DNA from: Andalucia godoyi And28
Lineage: Eukaryota > Protista > Jakobida
Assembly: GCA_009859145.1 (NCBI GenBank)
Contig: VRVR01000047.1
Coordinates: forward strand, 4,934-68,933
DNA length: 64,000 bases
Direction: 5' to 3'
This document shows positions 11,901-20,907 of the stretch, in pieces; positions within the stretch are counted from its first letter, which is position 1; the number at the start of each line of letters is the position of its first letter. Both the position numbers and the translations under genes were made by a program. The notes below the pieces were generated by a model that worked only from the letters and a program-made list of their open reading frames with translations, was not told where the DNA came from and ran no database searches.

Positions 11901-13794
11901 TGTACACATCGTAGTTCATCGACACATATAATGCGCCGCCCGTCGCGATTTCCACACCGTGATTACGAATGAAGCGCGTGGAAGTGAATGAAATCGTGAC
12001 GTTAAGGATGCTTTCGGCATCCGACAGGAAAATGGCACCGCCTCCATCAAGCGCTGAATTGCCTTCGAATGTGCAATTCGAAACATCAAGTGGAATCGAA
12101 AAACTCGCAATCGCTCCCCCGCGACGCATCGCAACATTTTGCAGAAACTTGCAACGGGAAAAAAATGAGGCGCCTTCTTTGGTGGGAAAATTCAACACCA
12201 CCGCTCCTCCGTTGCCGACATTTGCTACGTTTTGGAGGAACAGGCAGTCGGAGAATTGAATCGGACCTTGTATCCAAGCAGACCCGGCAGCAGAACCGAT
12301 GTTGTGTATAAAAGAAACATTCGAAACGGTAGACTGGCTGGGAGTGAAGCTGACGGATAACGCAGGGCCCACACAATGCGCATCCAGACAGGTGTTGTTT
12401 CGGAAAACTCCGTTGAGCAGCTGGACAGGAAGAGAGATTTGCCCGTAGTACGACAAACCAAAGGCCACGGTGCTTTTCAGTGCCGAACCGCTTCCAAGAA
12501 CATTGGATTCAAACACAAAATCCTTCACGTACAATGACACCGGTCCCGTTTGCAGCAATACAGCAGAACCCGAAAAGTAATTGTCCGTGAACATCAAGTC
12601 TGTAATTAACTGCACTGCCGCTGTGGAAATGCCCTCCACATTGGCAAAAACCAGTCCATTCTGAGGTCCAAAGTTCCCCACAAAGCGAACTCCTGTAGCG
12701 GTGAATGGCGCAGCTGCTGAAACGATGCTGGTACCACATGACGCAGAGTGATTCATAAACGTAACGTTATTCCAAACACTGCTCGGATGACCCTGGTCGA
12801 ACATTTGGACGAGCATTGCACAGGGAAGATCCTGCTGTACCACACTGTTCTGCGAAAACTCCACGTTGGTCAGCACCACCGAGAGTTCGTACAGGTACAA
12901 AAGCGTCGGGCTGGCGGAATTCTGTGAAAACTGGACGTTGAAAAAGGACGCCTTTGGCGACTGCACTAGAACCAACGACCCTGACAGAACAGTACTGTCT
13001 GAAAATCGAGTGTTGTTCGCAACAAACACGGAAGTGGGCCCTTGTGAAAGAATTCCTGTATCCGCAAACTGATTGCTGAGCGCCAAGACGTCGCAGCTGA
13101 CAAACTCCAGCGTTCCGTAATTCGTGATGATGGGACTTACAAACGACACCATTCTTTGCACGACAGAGTTCGACAAGGAAGCAGAGCAGCTACTACACAC
13201 GTGCAGGAAAACGTGTGAAACATCAAAGAAATTGGAGACGCAATCGTGCGCATGCAGTCTGTCCGCTGATAAGACCGACTGATCATAAAGCGATACAGAC
13301 GAAAAGGTGGAACCGAACATTGACGAATTGGAGATGGCGACAGACGAGTTTCCATATACATTCAAAAACTGAGGACAATTCTGCATCTGGAGATTCTGTA
13401 GCGACACGGACGAATTCCAGATCGAAAACATGGGAGCGACCGATTTCGAATTGGGAAACGGCACGTTGTAGAACGGGGAAGACATGTTGCACGAAATTTG
13501 GAACCCAGAATGTAAGGGCGACAAGAGGACATCGACAAGGGAAACATTCACCGCTGTGGAAAGGACATATGCTTCGGAAAGCAAAACCAGCTCACAAGAC
13601 AGACCTGCCAGTCTGCACAGACCGAGTGCCTGTTCAAACGAACTGACAGGATGCTGTGCATCGAGTCCTGAATTTGAGTCGACTCCAGAAAGCTGGTCAA
13701 TGAAGAAGGACAAGCGAGCCTGCGCTCCTGAGCCACGCAAACAAGACACAAATACGATGGCGATGAGCAGGACGGACGTTCCAAGACACGACAT
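8902..13794 (-). CDS. Large receptor-like membrane protein: signal peptide, Pmp/pectin-lyase-like beta-helix repeats, Cys-rich region, about 7 TM helices
   Basis: Repeated FxxN...GGA(I/V/L) motifs, CPPG..C..C Cys-rich module, and C-terminal hydrophobic helices with YESYKPQYYWYE and LQPFAK motifs. First ATG is at 13794 (the track starts at TTG 13809). Confidence 0.85.
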   Translation of the reverse strand: MSCLGTSVLLIAIVFVSCLRGSGAQARLSFFIDQLSGVDSNSGLDAQHPVSSFEQALGLCRLAGLSCELVLLSEAYVLSTAVNVSLVDVLLSPLHSGFQISCNMSSPFYNVPFPNSKSVAPMFSIWNSSVSLQNLQMQNCPQFLNVYGNSSVAISNSSMFGSTFSSVSLYDQSVLSADRLHAHDCVSNFFDVSHVFLHVCSSCSASLSNSVVQRMVSFVSPIITNYGTLEFVSCDVLALSNQFADTGILSQGPTSVFVANNTRFSDSTVLSGSLVLVQSPKASFFNVQFSQNSASPTLLYLYELSVVLTNVEFSQNSVVQQDLPCAMLVQMFDQGHPSSVWNNVTFMNHSASCGTSIVSAAAPFTATGVRFVGNFGPQNGLVFANVEGISTAAVQLITDLMFTDNYFSGSAVLLQTGPVSLYVKDFVFESNVLGSGSALKSTVAFGLSYYGQISLPVQLLNGVFRNNTCLDAHCVGPALSVSFTPSQSTVSNVSFIHNIGSAAGSAWIQGPIQFSDCLFLQNVANVGNGGAVVLNFPTKEGASFFSRCKFLQNVAMRRGGAIASFSIPLDVSNCTFEGNSALDGGGAIFLSDAESILNVTISFTSTRFIRNHGVEIATGGALYVSMNYDVYIRNCLFVGNVASLNPVLGIAGAIYLIGSSVTVYQSNFTRNFATIDPADATAFRWGRGGAILIDTHATMFLTEVVFIDNSIVPSQFGFGLGGTIFAIGALYASRINIRGSYASQGGAIFIDSGCLQVKISSSVISHANAFTSGGAIFYQSSLYGFLLENSTVENFGNIAGAAYLQGGALYASSGGIIIRDCVFTNGTANQGAGLFVQANIVIERSHFTWLVAADAGAVIYLDTASSCAAIISTELVIPRDPSLYKHNSALGRGGLLLFSSSTVCNTPALIDVASQLSNLSLSLQSFGNVAPYGLGFGSPPSLLSVLHNGSSFVFPGETVKFMVLVTDSVGAIVSSASSFGLYVYCTYLPVSAMGLDGLNQSATASCLASGSSSAVAVGGIAQFEVSFFPSSPSFSHDLHVFVSSSLLPPSSQSPYEYPHVYTVSPILWSASFSLSFTKCPPGYRLSSSVCIKCESSEYSLNYDSPVCNQCDDISEETKFLAVGCFSSGNAVYAGPGSYVRNDGSSSGSAIVYGCLSGYCDGISASEAQQMVRSGDVIPGETFNKCNRGNTGFLCGMCTENWSLWSGQCVDCSSGPNVPLLFGYAVFIVVFVFFQHLVAQTSGSRFKIMTSFLQLTSSIQPGSFLLVSVFRIQSGSSCPFYRSDDSVFWIDLCIPLLVFGHSFVMFFLAAVLNRFFQFTTSSSNPFFKTLWRARAFFRSQVLLAMVLYASISSLGIEFLDCHEYPTGETVLWLKPGISCKEAAYKNFMQPFAVVLFVLSIAVPVVIGVLLMLLKRRRRILDPSSGPMLTAMSRVGYAFGPLYESYKPQYYWYESIFLLRRVIFYAVPVLIWDRSSSGSSSAVGEMCMVGLILTFLLIHHWLQPFAKPDDNFFEFVSLYTVLFLTCISAIERANSTYTPGTGSWNALQIVFWLVFGCVLFYMVVVVLAHLWRRIAHRKGLPEGAMSPPRSRANTLRRVMTPDHDSLGQLELRLLSSDDGNSLATESSPLCTN

Positions 13795-13957
13795 TGCAAA
13801 TGTCTGCAAATATCTGCGAATATACAGATGGATGTGGAAATGTGTGATTGAATATATGTATGACGATGAATCAGAAACGGAATATTTTCAAACATGTATA
13901 TTGCTAATATATTTCTTATTCTTGTTAATAGTAGAAGAAAAACGAACGGAAGGAATG

Positions 13958-13997
13958 GAAACGAAACGAAACGAAACGAAACGAAACGAAACGAAAC
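13958..13997. repeat. (GAAAC)n microsatellite
   Basis: Pentanucleotide tandem repeat in the divergent intergenic region. Confidence 0.9.
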
Positions 13998-14422
13998 GGC
14001 CACCAGGAAAATCGAGAGTAGTTGTGCGAAAAACCCGCATCGAGTGCCGGGAAAAATTCGGGATTTCATCACTGTTTTCCAGAAAAGCCCCCCAATTCCG
14101 TCCGACATCCCTAATGGTTGTTGTGCCTCGGTGCACAGCCGTGAGGGTTTCCTCTTCGCCAAGGCAGACTACAACCGCACACTCGAACTTGCAGATTGGA
14201 AGACTGGCCATTTGAACTTTCCCTGGTGTTTTTCTTTCCTGTCTTTTCTGTTTCTCCTCTTGTTGTTGTCTTCTTTTTCTTTTTCTTTTTCTCTTTCTGT
14301 TTTGCTTTGCTTTTGCTTTTGCTTTTGCTTTGCATTTATCATTATTGTTTTATTTATTTTTGCTGGGCTCAGTTTTCGTGTGGACTGCTTATCGTTGTCC
14401 TCCATCTTTCGTTCTTCTGCGC

Positions 14423-16573
14423 ATGATGATTCGATCTCGTCCGTGCGTGTCTTCGTGGAAGAGAAAGGATGCAGCGACGTTTCCGCCAGTCTCGTACACG
14501 ATATCCAGCTACTCGTCGTATGCGTCGTGCTATAAGCCAGAGGGTATCCTTGTCGATAGGCCGTATGACCAGCTGAGCAGGTGGTGCGCGGGGTCTGGAG
14601 ACTCTCCGTTCATCACACTGAAAGTCGACTCGCCCTGTGTGCTGCACGGAATCACATTCGGAAAGTTTCACAAGGTACATATCTGCAACATGAAGGAATT
14701 CAAAGTGTTCGTGTCGTTTCGTGGTTCGCCGTGGATTCCTGTTCTGCACTCCCACATCCGAAATGACGAGGAGCCCGAAACGTTTGCTCTTCAGCATTTG
14801 GATGCAAAGGACACTGCAAATATGCTGCCGTGCACACATGTCAAGATTGTACCGCTCAGCGCCTGGGGACCCAACTTCAATCCCTCTATCTGGTATGTGA
14901 TGTTGCGGGGAGAGGCAGCTCCTGATGTCGTTTCTCTCGTTATCCAAGAATTTGAGAAGAAGCAGCATGTGCAAGCGACAAAACTCTGCTTGAAGTATCT
15001 GCGGCTCAACTCGTACTCGGATGCATTCGACGCGCTTGCTCGCGACACCAACGTGGAATTGGAAGATCCGTTGTTGACAAACCTGTTTCATGCATTGATG
15101 GTGGAAGGAAACTTTGGGCGAGTGGAAGAGTTGCTGCAGACGGCTGCAGATCAAGGTCACTTTGACCCTTTTGTGGCGGCCCAAAAGTATACAGCACTGT
15201 GGAAGCGCATTTTGCATCCAGGAAGAAAGTGTCCAGGTATGAGAGGCGGGCACCAGATGAGCATTGATGTGGATGGAAGAGCTATTTACATGCTTGGGGG
15301 CTGGGATGGCAAGCGAGACTTGGCAGATTTTTGGAAATACGACATTGTCAAGGACGAGTGGATTCTCTTGTCCGAAAATACGACGTTTGTCGGTGGTCCG
15401 TCTCCCCGATCCTGCCACAAAATGTGCATGGATTCCAAGCGAAGATGTCTGTACACGCTTGGTCGGTATGTGGATCCTGAATACCGGGACGTTCAGCATG
15501 TGAATGGCGACTTTTTCGTCTACTGGTGCGACACCAATCAATGGCAGGTTATCAGTCAAAACACAGAAGAAGATGGCGGACCAGAACTGGTGTATGATCA
15601 TCAGATGGCTGTTGACACGGACCATGATGTTTTGTGGGTTTATGGCGGCCGAACCATCCAGCACCAGGCGTCGTCGGCTCTCTGCTATTCCGGACTCTAC
15701 AAGTACGACTTGTTGCAAAAGAAGTGGACCAATATGGAATCGGAGTCGTTTTCAAAGATACTTCGATCGCGTATCGGTCATTCCATGCTGATTCATCCAA
15801 AAGACAATTCGCTGCTGATTTTCGCGGGTCAGCGGAACAAGGACTACCTCGCTGATTTTTACTCGTATGATATTGAGACAAACAAGGTCTACGAACTTTC
15901 GAGAGACTGCTCTCGGGAAGGAGGCCCCGATGCTGGCTTTACGCAGCGGTCGACGCTGGATGCAGATCTCGATGAAATGTACGTGTTTTCCGGCTTGATG
16001 CGGGACAAGTTTTCTGCACAGGATACCGTCCGAAATACACTTTGGGTCTATGATATTTGCAACGATTCTTGGCAGCGAGTATATGCGAATTACAATGACG
16101 ACGCTGCGTATTGGGCCAGGATGTCCATGGTCGAACCCTGTCCGCGTTTTGCACATCAGTTTGTGTATGACAAGCAGGCTCGCACACATTATTTATTCGG
16201 CGGCAATCCGGGAGAGTCCTCGCCACCCGACGAACGGCTGGACGATTTCTGGAGTCTAGAGCTCGTCCGATCCTCAACAAGAGATATCGCGCGGAAAGCG
16301 ATTTTTGAGGTACGCAAGCTGCAATATCTAGAGATGTGCAGAGAGCCCAGTCACGTCATGGACGCACTCCAGTACCTGCAGACGTCTGTTTCGGCTTGTG
16401 TAGACCAATCGTCGGGAGTGGAAGTGACCGAATTCGAAGGACTGTCGAGAGCCCTCGTTGGTGCGCAAGATCCCGAATTCCGACCCGATCGAATGGCCCT
16501 CTTTGAAACACTGATTCAGTATTTTCCACCAGAGATGAAGGAGCCAACTTCTTCGATCCAAGACTTTGTGTAA
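14423..16573 (+). CDS. MKLN1: Muskelin (CTLH/GID complex subunit)
   Basis: N-terminal discoidin-like SSYSSY..PEGILVDRPYDQLSRW and GKFHKVHICNMKEFKV, LisH (ATKLCLKYLR), kelch repeats (GMRGGHQM, PRSCHKM, PCPRFAHQF). Start codon is approximate. Confidence 0.95.
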   Translation: MMIRSRPCVSSWKRKDAATFPPVSYTISSYSSYASCYKPEGILVDRPYDQLSRWCAGSGDSPFITLKVDSPCVLHGITFGKFHKVHICNMKEFKVFVSFRGSPWIPVLHSHIRNDEEPETFALQHLDAKDTANMLPCTHVKIVPLSAWGPNFNPSIWYVMLRGEAAPDVVSLVIQEFEKKQHVQATKLCLKYLRLNSYSDAFDALARDTNVELEDPLLTNLFHALMVEGNFGRVEELLQTAADQGHFDPFVAAQKYTALWKRILHPGRKCPGMRGGHQMSIDVDGRAIYMLGGWDGKRDLADFWKYDIVKDEWILLSENTTFVGGPSPRSCHKMCMDSKRRCLYTLGRYVDPEYRDVQHVNGDFFVYWCDTNQWQVISQNTEEDGGPELVYDHQMAVDTDHDVLWVYGGRTIQHQASSALCYSGLYKYDLLQKKWTNMESESFSKILRSRIGHSMLIHPKDNSLLIFAGQRNKDYLADFYSYDIETNKVYELSRDCSREGGPDAGFTQRSTLDADLDEMYVFSGLMRDKFSAQDTVRNTLWVYDICNDSWQRVYANYNDDAAYWARMSMVEPCPRFAHQFVYDKQARTHYLFGGNPGESSPPDERLDDFWSLELVRSSTRDIARKAIFEVRKLQYLEMCREPSHVMDALQYLQTSVSACVDQSSGVEVTEFEGLSRALVGAQDPEFRPDRMALFETLIQYFPPEMKEPTSSIQDFV

Positions 16574-16742
16574 CGCATGAACAGTTTGAAGTCCATTCAC
16601 GTCGTATTAATTTGCTTCAATCCGTCTTCCTTCTTTTGCCTTCTCGCATGTTTTCCTTTCTTGCTTTTTTTCCCCCTTCCCTCTTTATTTTGGCTTAGTA
16701 TGCGGTATAATATGATAATGCGTGCGGTGGAAACTGCGAGTA

Positions 16743-17615
16743 CTACACATCGGACGATGTGTTTTGCGCAATCCACTGAGGCCATGCCTTGGAATCGAGA
16801 GGGGCCCGCTCGAAAAGTTCCTCTGCAGGCGTGTTGACCGAGCGCCCTTGAAGCAGCTCGCTCATCTTCACGCCAAGTGCAAGAGCAAAGAAGTAGTCCT
16901 TCTTCATTTGCGTCAGGTCTGTGGTAAGCTGGGAGATTTGCTGTGCCTGATCCGCCACCTTGGCTTCGAGATGTGTGCACTCTGCGGCTTTCAACAAGAG
17001 ACTCTCCTTGCCTGCTTGGATTTCGTCGTCCTTGTCCGTGAGATCCTGCTGCATCAAAACAAAGTTTGCATACATCATTTCCAGCTCTTGGGTCAAGAAT
17101 GTGCTTTCTCCTTGGAGCTTCATCTTCTTGTGGTCTACATGACCTGCGTGGTCCTGCTCCATGTAGGACGCCGGAATCTTGTTGACGGACGGAGAAAACA
17201 CTTGTTGCGTGTCCATCTCCATGATGATCATTGACTTTGTCTTTTCGGGAGCGTTTCCACCCACGGCCCCTCGATTGATGATGTTTGACGAAGAACTGGA
17301 AAGCTCGGCAAGAGCAGACCGTTCTGCAGGCTCCAGCAGCATCTTCAGGGGGATTGGCTCAATGCCGTAATCTTCGCCACAATCTTCTTCGATGACACTG
17401 GTGTCCTTGGCGGCCCAGTTCACGTTCTTTGGCTTCTTTGAACTCTTCTTTGACGTGCTTTTGCGGATTGAATGGCGCTCGGTCTTGATCGACCGCTCGA
17501 GACGCTTCAGCTGTTCATCCACCATTTTGCGCTGCTTCCTGTTCAGCACCGGAGTAGAATCACTTCCAGAAGGCCGGTTTACCAAGAACCCAATATTCTC
17601 CTTTGCGATCGACAT
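16743..17615 (-). CDS. Coiled-coil protein (290 aa), function unknown
   Basis: ATG-initiated ORF with a heptad region and a conserved-looking C-terminus (YFFALALGVK...LFERA...WPQWI). Confidence 0.75.
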   Translation of the reverse strand: MSIAKENIGFLVNRPSGSDSTPVLNRKQRKMVDEQLKRLERSIKTERHSIRKSTSKKSSKKPKNVNWAAKDTSVIEEDCGEDYGIEPIPLKMLLEPAERSALAELSSSSSNIINRGAVGGNAPEKTKSMIIMEMDTQQVFSPSVNKIPASYMEQDHAGHVDHKKMKLQGESTFLTQELEMMYANFVLMQQDLTDKDDEIQAGKESLLLKAAECTHLEAKVADQAQQISQLTTDLTQMKKDYFFALALGVKMSELLQGRSVNTPAEELFERAPLDSKAWPQWIAQNTSSDV

Positions 17616-17938
17616 GCCAATGTTTCTAGAGTCTCGTACTTGAAAAAAGAAAAATTACAGCAAATACAGGTTGAAAAAGAAAAAATAAAAAATATATTCA
17701 AAATAAAAATGAAAAAACAGAACAGTTGTGGTGCAGAAATCCACAAAGAAAGAACACGAAAAGAAAAGAAAAGAGAGCCGTTTTTCTCGCAATGGCGGCA
17801 ACAAAGCAACATGCATGAACGGAAGTAAAAAACACAACCAGCAAACGAAGATGAGAATCCGGATTTTTGTTCGCTTAGCAATCCAAAGTTCGAGATTGGT
17901 TATATGGAATGCCCAGATTGTTCAGACGGTAATTTTTT

Positions 17939-18518
17939 GGGACACTATTCAAAGCAGCAACCATAGCCGGTTCACGTTTTCTTTTCTTTTCCACGCGATG
18001 CCAATGTACATGAACCCCTGCCATGCTACGCAAGACGTATGACAGCTCCGCCGCAACCCTCTGACGCTGGGCCACCGCAGGGGCGTGTCCGGGCCATCTG
18101 CACTCAGGTGTCGTGCGGGACGAGAGCCAAGTCCCACTCGACATGCGGCGTGTGACTGTGAACACATCAGCAGATTCGCAACCTGACGACGGACATGCAT
18201 CGCAAGCTTGCAAAATGACTGTACGAGGGAGTATGACTGCACTCTACTTCCGAAATTCGACCCCGTCTCGTATGGTGCGGAGGGAGCCGGAAGAAGGGAA
18301 GAAACGCCGCATTGGAGGGTGCTTGCGTGTCCACAGTGTGCATGCTGGATTGATCGCGATTGGGGATTGGGTGCTCGCAACAGCATTTATCTTGAGAACC
18401 CCGGCAAGGCGCGTTGGTGCCTAACCCCCCTTCCCGTCCATGGCGATACGGTTCGGGTTGCAGCATTTGATTACGCATGACTGGCAATCGTCATGCATAC
18501 TCGGTGTACAAATGTAGG
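17939..18518 (+). mobile_element. Degenerate IS607-like/Fanzor2 element, copy D, with the largest nuclease remnant
   Basis: Across frameshifts it reads MTAPPQPSDAGPP (ATG 18039), HQQIRNLTTDMHRKLAK*L, EYDCTLLPKF, RMVRR..KKRRIGG, VLACPQCACWIDRDW..GARN.IYLEN. It ends AATGTAGG. The left end (TT-GG|GACACTA) is tentative. Confidence 0.85.
18370..18518 (+). ncRNA. Candidate Fanzor omegaRNA scaffold (D)
   Basis: GGT-GCCTA-ACC loop (18420-18423), GCATGAC/GTCATGC stem around GCAA (18475-18496), and terminal GTAGG. Confidence 0.55.
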
Positions 18519-18696
18519 CGAAAGCGCGAAACGGAAAAAAGAGGTCTTCTTCCTGCTGTACATTCAACGATTACAAGCTGGAACTCGGAAGTCAGCGGGA
18601 AATCGGAAAGTGTCAAGCACGTCGAATCGTGCTCTTTTTGGCATTTTTAAACTCTCCGAGCATTCAGTCAGCGAGACAGTGAGACAGTGAGACAGC

Positions 18697-18698
<2 letters not shown>

Positions 18699-18772
<74 letters not shown>
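18699..18772. repeat. (GA)n microsatellite abutting a start codon
   Basis: Uninterrupted GA run ending at the ATG at 18772. Confidence 0.95.
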
Positions 18773-18775
<3 letters not shown>

Positions 18776-19794
18776 GTGATTCGACTGGTCTGTTAGCGAG
18801 TCGTGATGGGGCTGCGTATTCCGGAGAACGATATGTGACTCGTCGCTGCTGGACGGTAAACATTACTCTGATGTGCATTTCGCTTACGTTTGTTGTTGCG
18901 GCAGGCTTGTTCCAGTCGTGGGCATTTGCGCAGGTGAAGGTGACTCCGTCTAACAATGTCGTGTGCTCGGGCTCTGAAATGAAGATGTACTGGGGCTTTG
19001 GAACGTCGGTTGCCTATGTCGACGGCATGCAAGATTTCCAGTGTTTGGCCTTCATGTGTGCGCGCGCAATTCACGACGACGGGGTGTATTCGTACTCGGA
19101 TTTGAAGTCGAACTATGTGAACGAGATGAACCTGCTGTGTGGGCAAATGGACTACTCCAATCTAAGGGACATGCTCGATTATGCCAATGGATCACCAGGA
19201 CGTGTCGCACCGGTTCTTGTGTTACTCTGTATTTCCATCACGGTGTCGTTATGGCTGAGTGTAGTTGCCAGACGAGCAGGGCCTGCTGCGAACGGCCGTC
19301 ATCAGAAGATGGCAGTCGCGTCCTTGTATGGCGTTGCACTGTTGTTTGCAATTACCGTGATTGTCACCAGTCTTGCGATTGTGAAGACGGACACGTTCAA
19401 CAGCTTCCGGGACGACATGCTCGCCGTGATCGGAGGAAACTCGCAAGCGTCCATCGAGACGGTGCATATTCCAGGTTTCTCTTGGTGGCTGGTCTTTGCA
19501 GCGGCCCTCAAGTCCCTCATCATGGCAATCTACGCGTCCGTGTCGCTCAACAAGCTTCGGCAGCCATACGGCACAGCCTCCCCGCAAACAGTTGTTGTCC
19601 AGCCATCGTACCCGGTCTACACTCAGGTGTATGCATACAACGGTCAGCAACCCAACACACAGGCCTATGCTTATAATCCGCAGCCAGCCTACGGATACCA
19701 GCAGCAGCAGCCTCAGCAGCAGCAGCAGCCTTACCAAGCCAATCCGTATGCTGCATCGTCATCGACTGCAACGCAGCCTACCAAGACTGTCTAG
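18772..19794 (+). CDS. Four-TM claudin/amastin-like membrane protein with Q/P/Y-rich tail
   Basis: TM1, a large Cys-containing loop with a WGFG motif, three further TMs, and a YQQQQPQQ tail. Confidence 0.7.
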
Positions 19795-20002
19795 AAGACG
19801 TGTTCGTTTGCCTGTTTTGCCTGTTTGCTTGGTTGTACCCTTAATAGTTTTCCTTCTTTTTAATTATGAATAAGTTGTTGATTTTATTCTTTGGCTGCTT
19901 GTTTTAATTTTTCTGAGTGTTCAAAATGTAGACGGCATGAACACGCTTGCTTGCCTGTCTTTTGCCAGCTTTGCATTCTTTTCTTTTTCTTTGTCCTACA
20001 CT

Positions 20003-20632
20003 CTAAACACGTTGGCGAAAGTCGTTTTTGACCTCAAAGTAGCGTGTGATGTACCAGACTTGCCAGATGGACATTCCGATCAGAACGAATGTTTCAAAGA
20101 ATGACCAGAACGTGACGCGGGACTGTGTTGACTCGGCGGTGTTGCGATGGACACGCTCGCGGTTTCGCAGGTACCTCTGTTCGGACTGGACGTCGGAAAG
20201 GCCGTCAGCAAGCCGCAGAAGCGATTCTTCGATTGGAGACATGTGTTCCAGCTTGGCAAACTCTGCAAACTCTGCGCGGCCGCCAGGAAGAATCTGGAAG
20301 ACCACTTGCTTTGGCGTGAGAGTGGACATCTTGTTGGAAAAGCAGATCTTGTACGCACCCCCATCATATGCAGCAAACGTGAATCGGCCTTCCGTTTCGC
20401 GCTCAACCTTGTGCAAAAGACGCTGGTCGGGTCCAGTAACAAGAACATCAATGTCGAGAAACCCTCCAGCAGTGACTTGAAAGTAAACGCCTGTCTTTGC
20501 ATCGCGCTTCATCGTCTCAAAAAAGCACTGTTCGGCATGCGCATCCACCGTCACCGCAAGCCCCGAAACAGACACAACCACACAGCTCAAGCACACTGCA
20601 GACAGCAGGGCAACAACCGTATACCGACCCAT
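20003..20632 (-). CDS. TMED2: p24 family cargo receptor (Emp24/TMED2, p24beta)
   Basis: Signal peptide, GOLD domain (EQCFFE, GGFLDIDV, YKICFSNKMSTLTPK), coiled coil, TM, and FFE/YFEVK tail. Confidence 0.93.
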   Translation of the reverse strand: MGRYTVVALLSAVCLSCVVVSVSGLAVTVDAHAEQCFFETMKRDAKTGVYFQVTAGGFLDIDVLVTGPDQRLLHKVERETEGRFTFAAYDGGAYKICFSNKMSTLTPKQVVFQILPGGRAEFAEFAKLEHMSPIEESLLRLADGLSDVQSEQRYLRNRERVHRNTAESTQSRVTFWSFFETFVLIGMSIWQVWYITRYFEVKNDFRQRV

Positions 20633-20907
20633 CGTCCTTGTCTCTCTTTTTTTTCTTCTGTTTTCCTGTCTATATCTTCTTTTCCTACTTTCCCTTGCAG
20701 TTTACAATGATGGAAAAACAGGAGGAAAAAAAGGAAATACAAAGGAGACGTCGTGGCATCCTTGCTTCTTTGGTGTTCTGCATTCTGTGCTCTGGAGAAT
20801 GATGGAAAGAACATCGAGTTGACACTAGACTTTGAGACTAGTGGCTTTTTTTTTTTTACGTGTGATCTGAAAGCCGTAGTTGCCGCGGGAGTTCCATCGC
20901 ACTTGAT

